The notes under the pieces are model-generated. The model was not told the origin of the DNA and ran no database searches. It saw nothing but the letters and a program-made list of their open reading frames with translations. Position numbers and translations under genes: made by a program. This document shows positions 47,815 to 55,940 of a DNA stretch of 64,000 nt, in pieces; the stretch's first letter is position 1, and each line of letters opens with the position of its first letter. Source of the stretch: an uncultured Noviherbaspirillum sp. (lineage in GTDB: Bacteria; Pseudomonadota; Gammaproteobacteria; Burkholderiales; Burkholderiaceae_D); the NCBI GenBank assembly GCA_966211585.1, contig CBIHNU010000013.1:36384-100383 (forward strand), read 5' to 3'.

Positions 47815-47997
47815 TCACTGTCCCAACGCATCAAGCGGACTCTTCACCCCGCCACTGCCCACTTTTAAAACGTGGGTATAGATCATTGTCGTGGTCACAT
47901 CGGAATGCCCGAGGAGTTCCTGTACTGTTCTGATGTCGTATCCTGTCTGTAATACATGAGTGGTAAACGAATGACGCAAGGTATGCGGTGTTGCCGG
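47815..47997 (-). pseudogene. intI: Integron integrase C-terminal relic (60 codons)
   Basis: Manual translation: [60 protein letters not shown]. It has the tyrosine recombinase H-x-x-R, LGH and Y motifs plus the IntI-type tail [16 protein letters not shown]. No start codon; an in-frame stop lies 6 codons upstream. Confidence 0.9.
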
Positions 47998-48034
47998 GCA
48001 TGGGGCGTTACTTCATAGGTGAAAGTCCAAGTTG

Positions 48035-48069
48035 AAAAGCCCGCTGCGGCATTGCCGGAGCGGGCTTTT
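48035..48069. terminator. Bidirectional intrinsic terminator downstream of yggX
   Basis: AAAAGCCCGCT-N13-AGCGGGCTTTT with additional inner pairing CGGC/GCCG. Confidence 0.85.
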
Positions 48070-48087
48070 GTTCGTTGTCGCGAGTAA

Positions 48088-48360
48088 TTATTCGGTTGGC
48101 GGCACGTAACCGGCGGCGGCGTCCGCACCGGAACCAAAGAAATGATTTTCCATCTGCTGCGCCAGGTATTTGCGGGCGCGCGCATCCGCCAGGTTCAGCC
48201 GGTTTTCATTGACCAGCATGGTCTGATGCTTCAGCCATCCGGCCCAGGCTTCCTTCGACACATTTTCGTAAATCCGCTTGCCGAGCTCGCCCGGGTACGG
48301 CGGGAAGTCCAGTCCTTCAGCGTCCTTGTTCAGTTTGATGCAGTGGACCGTGCGGGCCAT
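48088..48360 (-). CDS. yggX: Fe(II)-trafficking / oxidative damage protection protein
   Basis: [32 protein letters not shown]. Confidence 0.95.
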   Translation of the reverse strand: MARTVHCIKLNKDAEGLDFPPYPGELGKRIYENVSKEAWAGWLKHQTMLVNENRLNLADARARKYLAQQMENHFFGSGADAAAGYVPPTE

Positions 48361-48447
48361 GTTCTACTCCTTGTCGATTCAAAATATTGCCGCATATTGG
48401 ATACGCGGCGGGAAGCGGATGTTCCCGCTGCGCCAAAGCGGGACGGG

Positions 48448-49758
48448 TTAAAGTTGCTTGATGAGCACAAGCGATTTTCGTTGCCAGTTATACATGTGCC
48501 GACGATCTTTCGGCAGGTCGTCGACGGTTGCGTGCACGAAGCCGCGCTTGAGGAACCAGTGCGCAGTGCGCGTGGTCAGCACGAACAGCTTGCTGAAGCC
48601 GGCGGCGCGCGCGCGGTTTTCCATGTGCTTCAGGATGCGTTCGCCGTCGCCCTGGCTTTGCACGTCCGGATTGACGGTCAGGCAAGCCATTTCGGCCATT
48701 TTTTCCACGGGGAACGGATACAGCGCCGCGCAGCCGAAAATCACGCCGTCGTGTTCGATCACCGAGAAATAGTCGATCTCGCGCTCGATCAGTTCGCGGC
48801 CGCGCTTGACCAGCGTGCCGTCCGCTTCCAGCGGTTCGATCAGTTTCAGGATGCCACCGACGTCTTCGATGGTCGCTTCGCGCAGCGTCTCCAGGTTTTC
48901 GGTGCTGACCATGGTGCCGACGCCGTCGTGCGTGAAGATTTCCAGCAGTGCCGAGCCGTCCAGCTCGAACGGCACGATATGCACGCGCGGCACGCCGCTG
49001 CGCGACGCGCGTACGCAATTCTGCAGGTAGTACGCGGTATCGGCCGGCAGGTGGCCGGATTTCAACAGTGCATCGGCTTTCGCCGACGTCAGCTCGCGCA
49101 GTTCGCGGCCGTCCGGATCGCTCATCAGCGGTGTTTCCGTGATGAAGATCAGCTTGTCGGCGCGCAGCGCGGCCGCCGCCGCCACCGCCACGTCTTCCAT
49201 CGTCAGGTTGAACGCTTCGCCGGTCGGCGAGAAGCCGAGCGGCGACAGCAGCACCAAGCCGCCGGTAGCGAGGATGGGATTGATGGTTTCGTAAGCAATC
49301 TTGCGCGCGATGCCGGTAAATTCCAGGTCGACGCCATCGATCACGCCGATCGGGCGCGCGGTGACGAAATTGCCGGAAATGATGCGGATCGCCGCATGCG
49401 CCATCGGCGTGTTCGGCAAGCCCTGGCTGAACGCGGCTTCGATGTCAAGCCGCAGTTCGCCGGCCGCTTCCTTCGCGCATTCCATCGCGGCAGCGTCGGT
49501 GATGCGCAGGCCGTTGTGGTAGCGCGCGCTCAGGTTGCGCAATGCGAGCTGCTCTTCGACCTGCGGACGCGAGCCGTGCACGATCACCACCTTGATGCCG
49601 AGCGCATGCAGCAGCGACAGATCCTGCGCCAGCACCGGCAGCGCGCCCGCGCGAACCAATTCGCCGGGGAAGGCAACTACGAAAGTCTTGCCGCGGAACG
49701 CGTGGATATACGGCGCAACCGAGCGCAGCCACTGAACGAATTGAATAGGGTTTTCCAT
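48448..49758 (-). CDS. argA: Amino-acid N-acetyltransferase (N-acetylglutamate synthase)
   Basis: FVQWLRSVAPYIHAFRGKTFV, VHGSRPQ, EIFTHDGVGT, GNAT domain with LFVLTTRTAHWF. Confidence 0.95.
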   Translation of the reverse strand: MENPIQFVQWLRSVAPYIHAFRGKTFVVAFPGELVRAGALPVLAQDLSLLHALGIKVVIVHGSRPQVEEQLALRNLSARYHNGLRITDAAAMECAKEAAGELRLDIEAAFSQGLPNTPMAHAAIRIISGNFVTARPIGVIDGVDLEFTGIARKIAYETINPILATGGLVLLSPLGFSPTGEAFNLTMEDVAVAAAAALRADKLIFITETPLMSDPDGRELRELTSAKADALLKSGHLPADTAYYLQNCVRASRSGVPRVHIVPFELDGSALLEIFTHDGVGTMVSTENLETLREATIEDVGGILKLIEPLEADGTLVKRGRELIEREIDYFSVIEHDGVIFGCAALYPFPVEKMAEMACLTVNPDVQSQGDGERILKHMENRARAAGFSKLFVLTTRTAHWFLKRGFVHATVDDLPKDRRHMYNWQRKSLVLIKQL

Positions 49759-49765
49759 GATGCGC

Positions 49766-49773
49766 ATTATAAT
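49766..49773. promoter_or_regulatory. Overlapping -10 hexamers on both strands (bidirectional promoter for argA and hrpA)
   Basis: ATTATAAT gives TATAAT at 49768-49773 (+) and 49771-49766 (-), inside a 25-bp gap between divergent ATGs. Confidence 0.6.
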
Positions 49774-49783
49774 TCGCCCCGAC

Positions 49784-52700
49784 ATGTCTGCACCTGAACA
49801 CACTCAAAAAACGTCGCCCAAACCGCGCACGCCGCAAGCCCAGCCCGCCGCACCGGCCGTGCGCAACCCGCTGCCGCCGATCTCGTTTCCCGAAGAGTTG
49901 CCGGTCTCCGGTCGACGCCGGGAAATCGCCGATGCGCTGCGCGCGCACCAGGTAATCATCGTCTGCGGTGAAACCGGCTCGGGGAAAACCACCCAGTTGC
50001 CGAAGATCTGTCTGGAGCTCGGACGCGGGCAAACCGGCCTGATCGGCCACACGCAGCCGCGCCGCATCGCTGCATCGTCCACTGCAAAGCGCATTGCGCA
50101 GGAACTCAATTCGCCGCTGGGCGAGCATGTCGGCTTCAAGGTGCGTTTCACCGACACGTTGTCGAAGGGCGCATCGGTGAAGCTGATGACCGACGGCATC
50201 CTGCTGGCGGAGACGCAGACCGATTCGCTGCTGAAGCAGTACGACACCATCATCATCGACGAGGCGCACGAGCGTAGCCTGAACATCGATTTCCTGCTCG
50301 GCTACCTGAAGCAGCTGCTGCCGAAGCGGCCCGATCTCAAACTCATCATCACGTCGGCGACCATCGATGCGGACCGCTTCGCACGCCATTTCGGCACGCC
50401 GGAAATGCCGGCGCCGGTGATCGAGGTGTCGGGCCGGTTGTATCCGGTTGAAGTGCGCTATCGGCCAGTCGAGCAGGATGTGAAGACCGACGTCAAGCCT
50501 TCCGCCGCCGCCTCACGCAAGGAGCAGCGTGACCTGATGGACGCGGTGATCGATGCGGTCGACGAGCTGGCCCGCATCGGTTCCGGCGACGTACTGGTGT
50601 TCCTGCCCGGCGAGCGCGAGATCCGCGATGCGGCCGAGGCGCTGCGCAAGCATCATCCGCCGCACGTCGAGATTCTGCCGTTGTTCGCGCGGCTGTCGGC
50701 ACAGGAGCAGGAGCGGGTGTTCAAGCCGTCCAATGCGCGCCGTATTGTGCTGGCAACCAACGTCGCCGAAACCTCGCTGACGGTGCCCGGCATCCGTTAC
50801 GTGGTCGACGCCGGGCTGGCGCGCGTCAAGCGCTACAGCTATCGCAACAAGGTCGAGCAGTTGCAGATCGAGCCGGTCGCGCAGTCGGCCGCCAATCAGC
50901 GCGCCGGCCGCTGCGGCCGGGTCGCGGCGGGCGTCTGCATCCGGCTGTACGACGAACAGGATTATCTGAAGCGGCCGAAATTCACCGATCCGGAAATCCT
51001 GCGTTCGTCGCTGGCGGCGGTCATCCTGCGGATGAAATCGCTGCGGCTGACCGATGTCGAAACCTTCCCGTTCATCGAGCCGCCGCCGGGGCGCGCGATC
51101 GCCGATGGCTACCAGCTGCTGCAGGAACTGGGTGCCGTCGATGACGACAACCGCGTGACGCCGCTCGGCAGACAGCTCGCGAAGCTGCCGCTCGATCCGC
51201 GCGTCGGCCGCATGATCCTGGCCGCGCGCGACAATGCGGCGCTGACCGAAGTGCTGATCATCGCGTCCGCGCTATCAGTGCAGGACCCGCGCGATCGGCC
51301 GCTGGAAGCACAGGATGCGGCCGACAACGCGCACAAGAAATTCGCCGACGACAAATCCGAATTCCTCAGCTATCTGAAAATCTGGAAATGGTTCGAGGAA
51401 GCGATCGAGCACAAGAAATCGAACCGGCAGCTGATGGACCATTGCCGCGCCAATTTCCTGTCGCAACTGCGGCTGCGCGAATGGCGCGAAGTGCATTCGC
51501 AATTGTTGACGCTGGTGCGTGAGCAGGGCTGGCGCCTGAACGAGGCGCCGGCCACTTATGAGCAACTGCATACCGCGCTGCTGACCGGCCTGCTCGGCAA
51601 TGTCGGCTTCAAGTCGGAAGACGAACCGCAATACCTTGGCGCGCGCGGCATCAAGTTTTTCATCTGGCCCGGATCGAGCCTGGCGAAAAAGGCCGGACGC
51701 TGGGTCATGGCGGCGGAACTGGTCGATACCACGCGGCTGTATGCGCGCTGCGTCGCGCAGATCCAGCCGGAATGGCTGGAGCGCGTCGGCGGCCATCTGC
51801 TGAAGAAGTCTTATGGCGAGCCGCGTTGGGAAAAGCGCTCGGCGCAGGTCACTGCATCGGAGCGCGCGACCCTGTACGGGCTGGTGGTGTACAGCCAGAG
51901 GCGCATTGATTTCGGCAAGATCAATCCGGCCGAAGCGCGCGAGATCTTCATTCGCGACGCATTGGTCGGCGGTGAATTCGATACCCGCGCGCCGTTCTTC
52001 GCGCACAACCAGAAGCTGGTGCGCGAAATCGAAAACCTGGAGCACAAGTCGCGCCGGCTCGACGTGCTGGTCGACGAGGAACTGATCGCTGCGTTCTACG
52101 ACAAGCTGCTGCCGCAGCACATCCACAACGGCATCGCGTTCGAGAAGTGGCACAAGGACGCGACCGCGAACAATCCGAAGCTGCTGTATCTGAATCGCGA
52201 AGACCTGATGCGGCATGAGGCAGCCGGCGTTACCACCGACCTGTTCCCGAAAGCGATGAATGTGGCCGGCGTCGCGATGACGCTGAGCTATCACTTCGAA
52301 CCGGGCAGCCCGCGCGACGGCGTGACGCTGACGGTGCCGCTGTATGCGCTGAACCAGGTATCGGCCGAGCGCTGCGAATGGCTGGTGCCCGGCATGCTGA
52401 AGGAAAAGGTGCACCTGCTGCTGAAGTCGCTGCCGCAAAAGCTGCGCCGCCATTGCGTGCCGCTACCCGACTATGCGGCCGGTTTCTGCGAGCGTGCCGC
52501 GTTCGGCAAGGGCAGCCTGATCGACGCGGTGATTGTCGATGTGCGCGAGCAGACCGGCATCATGCCGAAGACCACCGACTTCAAGCTGGAGACGCTGCCC
52601 GCGCATCACTTCATGAACTTCAAGATTGTCGACGAGCATGGTCGGCAACTGGAGATGGGACGCAACCTTGCCGGCCTGCAGGCCGAGTTCGGCGGGCAGG

Positions 52701-53683
52701 CCAGAGAGAGTTTTCAAAAGCTGGCGGAAGCGGCGCCGGTAGCGCCTGTCGCCGGCAACTCGTCCGAGCCAGCGCATTCAGGCTCGAGCCGAAACGTGAC
52801 GCCTGCAACGGGTGGCGCGCGATCCGCCGGCGTCAGCGAGCTGCAAAACCTCACTGCGTGGTCGTTCGGTGAACTGCCCGAGCTGCTCGAAATCCCGCAA
52901 GGGAAACAGACGCTGATCGGCTTTCCGGCGCTGGTCGACAAGGTTACGCATTGCGATGTCGAAGTGTTCGACGATCCGGCCGAAGCAGCACGCGTGCATC
53001 GGATCGGTCTGCGCCGGCTGTTCGCGTTGCAACTGAAGGAACAACTCAAATACCTGGAAAAGAACATTCCAGGCTTGCAGCAGATGGGCATGCAGTTCAT
53101 GTCGCTCGGTTCGCAGGAAGAACTGCGCGACCAGATCATCTGGGCCGGGCTGGAGCGTGCCTGCTTGCAGGAGCCGTTGCCGAAGAACGCGGACGAATTC
53201 AACAAGCGCAAGGACGAAGGCAAGTCGCGGCTTGGCTTGCTGGTGAACGAGATTGCGCGTCTCGCTTCGCAGATCCTCGCCGAGTACTACACGCTGCCGA
53301 AAAAGCTGCAAGGCGCGAAAGCGCATCCGCAAAGCATGGCCGACATGCAGGCGCAATTGCAGGCACTGGTCGGCAAGCGCTTCATCGCCGACAACGATTA
53401 CACGCAACTGTCGCACTTTCCGCGCTATCTGAAAGCGATCAACGTGCGGCTGGAAAAGCTGCGCGCCGATCCGGTACGCGATGCGCGGCTGATGGTGGAA
53501 TGGCAGCAGGTGGCGATGCCTTGGCAGCGCGCACAGAAAGACCGGCGCGGCGATCCGAAGATGACCGAGTTCCGCTGGTTGCTGGAAGAGTTGCGGGTCT
53601 CGCTGTTCGCGCAGGAGTTGCGCACGCCGATGCCGGTGTCGGTGAAGCGACTGCAGAAGGTGTGGGAATCGATGCAGCGCTGA
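49784..53683 (+). CDS. hrpA: ATP-dependent RNA helicase HrpA
   Basis: GETGSGKTTQ, TQPRR, DEAHE, SAT, QRAGRCGR, long C-terminal HrpA region. Confidence 0.96.
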   Translation: MSAPEHTQKTSPKPRTPQAQPAAPAVRNPLPPISFPEELPVSGRRREIADALRAHQVIIVCGETGSGKTTQLPKICLELGRGQTGLIGHTQPRRIAASSTAKRIAQELNSPLGEHVGFKVRFTDTLSKGASVKLMTDGILLAETQTDSLLKQYDTIIIDEAHERSLNIDFLLGYLKQLLPKRPDLKLIITSATIDADRFARHFGTPEMPAPVIEVSGRLYPVEVRYRPVEQDVKTDVKPSAAASRKEQRDLMDAVIDAVDELARIGSGDVLVFLPGEREIRDAAEALRKHHPPHVEILPLFARLSAQEQERVFKPSNARRIVLATNVAETSLTVPGIRYVVDAGLARVKRYSYRNKVEQLQIEPVAQSAANQRAGRCGRVAAGVCIRLYDEQDYLKRPKFTDPEILRSSLAAVILRMKSLRLTDVETFPFIEPPPGRAIADGYQLLQELGAVDDDNRVTPLGRQLAKLPLDPRVGRMILAARDNAALTEVLIIASALSVQDPRDRPLEAQDAADNAHKKFADDKSEFLSYLKIWKWFEEAIEHKKSNRQLMDHCRANFLSQLRLREWREVHSQLLTLVREQGWRLNEAPATYEQLHTALLTGLLGNVGFKSEDEPQYLGARGIKFFIWPGSSLAKKAGRWVMAAELVDTTRLYARCVAQIQPEWLERVGGHLLKKSYGEPRWEKRSAQVTASERATLYGLVVYSQRRIDFGKINPAEAREIFIRDALVGGEFDTRAPFFAHNQKLVREIENLEHKSRRLDVLVDEELIAAFYDKLLPQHIHNGIAFEKWHKDATANNPKLLYLNREDLMRHEAAGVTTDLFPKAMNVAGVAMTLSYHFEPGSPRDGVTLTVPLYALNQVSAERCEWLVPGMLKEKVHLLLKSLPQKLRRHCVPLPDYAAGFCERAAFGKGSLIDAVIVDVREQTGIMPKTTDFKLETLPAHHFMNFKIVDEHGRQLEMGRNLAGLQAEFGGQARESFQKLAEAAPVAPVAGNSSEPAHSGSSRNVTPATGGARSAGVSELQNLTAWSFGELPELLEIPQGKQTLIGFPALVDKVTHCDVEVFDDPAEAARVHRIGLRRLFALQLKEQLKYLEKNIPGLQQMGMQFMSLGSQEELRDQIIWAGLERACLQEPLPKNADEFNKRKDEGKSRLGLLVNEIARLASQILAEYYTLPKKLQGAKAHPQSMADMQAQLQALVGKRFIADNDYTQLSHFPRYLKAINVRLEKLRADPVRDARLMVEWQQVAMPWQRAQKDRRGDPKMTEFRWLLEELRVSLFAQELRTPMPVSVKRLQKVWESMQR

Positions 53684-53784
53684 GCGGCGCAGGACCATGG
53701 CTGACTGCCGAGATCGGGCGATTCATCTACAATGATCGGCGGAAATTTTCTGCGACCACAACATCACATAAACCCGGAGATGCT

Positions 53785-54558
53785 ATGAAACGATTGCTGC
53801 CGATACTGCTGCCGATACTCGCTCTTTTTCTTTCCGTAGCCGCCCATGCGGACACGTCGCGCCTCGATGATATCCAGAAGGCCGGCAGCCTGCGGATATG
53901 CACCACCGGCGACTACAAGCCGTTCACCTATCAGAACCCGGACGGCAGTTTCGAAGGCATGGACATCGACATGGCGAAGTCGCTGGCCAAGGCTCTGGGG
54001 GTGGAAGCGCATTTCGTCAAATCCTCCTGGCCGACGCTGATGAGCGATTTCACGGAGAAGTGCGATATCGCGATGGGCGGCGTATCGGTGACGCTGGAGC
54101 GGCAGAAAAAAGCGTTCTTCTCCAACTCGCATATGGTCGATGGCAAGGCGCCCATCGTGCGTTGTGCGGACGTTGCGCGCTTCCAGACGCTGGATGCCAT
54201 CGACCAGCCCGGCACGCGCGCCATCGTCAATCCGGGCGGCACGAACGAACGCTTCGCACGCGCCCATTTCAAGCATGCAAAGCTGACTGTCTATAAGGAC
54301 AACGTCACGATTTTCGACCAGATCGCGCATGGCGATGCGGATGTGATGATCACGGACGCCAGCGAAACGCGCTGGCAGTCGAAGCAGCATCCCGAACTCT
54401 GCCCGGTGAACCCGGACCAGCCGCTGCAATATGCCGAAAAGGCCTATATGCTGCCGCGCGGCGATGTCACTTTCAAGGCATTCGTCGACACCTGGCTGCA
54501 TCTGCAGCAGAAGACCGGCGAGTACCAGGAAATTTACGCGAAGTGGCTCGGAAAGTAG
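53785..54558 (+). CDS. pheC: Cyclohexadienyl dehydratase-like solute-binding-fold protein
   Basis: Signal peptide, TTGDYKPF, NPGGTNERFAR, MITDASE. No adjacent permease. Confidence 0.75.
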   Translation: MKRLLPILLPILALFLSVAAHADTSRLDDIQKAGSLRICTTGDYKPFTYQNPDGSFEGMDIDMAKSLAKALGVEAHFVKSSWPTLMSDFTEKCDIAMGGVSVTLERQKKAFFSNSHMVDGKAPIVRCADVARFQTLDAIDQPGTRAIVNPGGTNERFARAHFKHAKLTVYKDNVTIFDQIAHGDADVMITDASETRWQSKQHPELCPVNPDQPLQYAEKAYMLPRGDVTFKAFVDTWLHLQQKTGEYQEIYAKWLGK

Positions 54559-54626
54559 CAACCCCGGAGCTGCGCCGCATCCTTGGCACGGCTTGCTCTC
54601 CGATGGAAGGCAAGAAGGCAGGAGGA

Positions 54627-54668
54627 CTCTGCGCACCAGCGTACCGGCGACGGTGTTGGTGCGCGGAG
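54627..54668. terminator. Long hairpin with GNRA loop between convergent pheC and DUF1348 genes
   Basis: CTCTGCGCACCA...ACCG-GCGA-CGGT...TGGTGCGCGGAG. Confidence 0.5.
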
Positions 54669-54710
54669 CGCCCCCTGCGGGGATTCGAAAACCGCTTTAA
54701 ATCGCGTGCC

Positions 54711-55178
54711 TCACAAATCCAGCTCGCTCAATCCCGGATGATCGTCCGGCCGGCGACCGAGCGGCCAGAAGAATTTCCGCTCTGATTCCTTGATCGGCAG
54801 GTCATTGATGCTCGCATGGCGGCGCATCATCAGTCCGTGCTCATTGAACTCCCAGTTTTCATTACCGTAGCTGCGAAACCAGTTGCCGGAATCGTCGTGC
54901 CACTCGTAGGCGAAGCGCACCGCGATGCGGTTCCCGGTGAATGCCCACAATTCCTTGATCAGGCGATAGTCCAGCTCCTTTGCCCATTTGCGCTGCAGGA
55001 ACTGGCGCACCTGTTCACGGCCGACCGGAAAGTCGGCGCGGTTGCGCCAGCGCGTATCTTCGGTATAGACCAGCGCGACGCGTTCGGGGTCGCGGGTGTT
55101 CCATGCGTCTTCGGCGAGACGCACTTTCTGCGCGGCAGTTTCGGCAGTAAACGGTGGCAGCGGCGGCTTGTTTTCCAT
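54711..55178 (-). CDS. DUF1348 / NTF2-like (SnoaL-like) protein
   Basis: [45 protein letters not shown]. Confidence 0.9.
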   Translation of the reverse strand: MENKPPLPPFTAETAAQKVRLAEDAWNTRDPERVALVYTEDTRWRNRADFPVGREQVRQFLQRKWAKELDYRLIKELWAFTGNRIAVRFAYEWHDDSGNWFRSYGNENWEFNEHGLMMRRHASINDLPIKESERKFFWPLGRRPDDHPGLSELDL

Positions 55179-55214
55179 TGCGTATCCTGTTCTTGAAGTT
55201 GTGGGCGGGATCAT

Positions 55215-55270
55215 GTAGACAGATTTGTCTACATGGCGAAACTGTAGCAGTGGTAGACAAAGCTGTCTAC
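55215..55270. promoter_or_regulatory. Two TetR operator palindromes
   Basis: GTAGACA-N4-TGTCTAC at 55215-55232 and 55253-55270. Confidence 0.8.
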
Positions 55271-55279
55271 AATGGAAAA

Positions 55280-55879
55280 ATGAAAGCAGACACTCGACTA
55301 CTGAAGCAGGCGCCGGCACGGGAACGGATTCTTCTCACCGCGCACAGGCTCTTTTATGCGGAAGGCATCCGGGCAACCGGCATCGATCGGGTCATCGCGG
55401 AAGCCGGCGTGACCAAGGTCACTTTTTACCGGCACTTCCCGAGTAAAAACGACCTGGTTTGCGCCTATCTCGATTATCGGCATCAGCGCTGGATGGCCTG
55501 GTTTGCCGATGCCTTGCAGCGTCACGGCAGCGCGAATCGCGGCGCCGGCGTGAACGCTCTGATACCGACCCTGTCCGAATGGTTCGGCGACGAGGGTTTT
55601 CGCGGATGTGCTTTCCTGAACGGCGTGGGCGAGGTCGGCAGCGTGCTGCCGCAGGTACTGGAAATTACGCGGCGCCACAAGCAGGACATGACGGCCGCCA
55701 TTGCCGGCCTGCTGCCGGGTTCGCGGCGCCGCGAAAAGCAGGCGCAGGCCATCGCGCTGGCCGTGGACGGTGCGATCGTCCGGGCGCAGTTCGACGAGAC
55801 GCCGGACGGCGCGCTCCACGCGCTGGGCGGGATATTGAAGAGTCTTCAAGCTGACGGTAAGCCGGCACGCGGTTCGTGA
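55280..55879 (+). CDS. TetR/AcrR family regulator
   Basis: ARERIL...[40 protein letters not shown]. Confidence 0.92.
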   Translation: MKADTRLLKQAPARERILLTAHRLFYAEGIRATGIDRVIAEAGVTKVTFYRHFPSKNDLVCAYLDYRHQRWMAWFADALQRHGSANRGAGVNALIPTLSEWFGDEGFRGCAFLNGVGEVGSVLPQVLEITRRHKQDMTAAIAGLLPGSRRREKQAQAIALAVDGAIVRAQFDETPDGALHALGGILKSLQADGKPARGS

Positions 55880-55940
55880 ATTCGTCTGCGGCCGTTCGAT
55901 TCGCAATGGACAAAGCGAGCTGATTCCTTGTCCGGCATGT

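Noticed and set aside
47895-48185. 96-aa ORF over the intI relic listed in the track
   Set aside because: Wrong frame for the integrase motifs, and it overlaps yggX and its terminator.
48142-49797. 551-aa plus-strand ORF
   Set aside because: Antisense to yggX and argA.
54669-54697. CCCCTGCGGGGATTCGAAAACCG, resembling a type I-E CRISPR repeat end or, on the minus strand, a tRNA T-arm
   Set aside because: Single copy, no spacers or cas genes, and no cloverleaf can be built.
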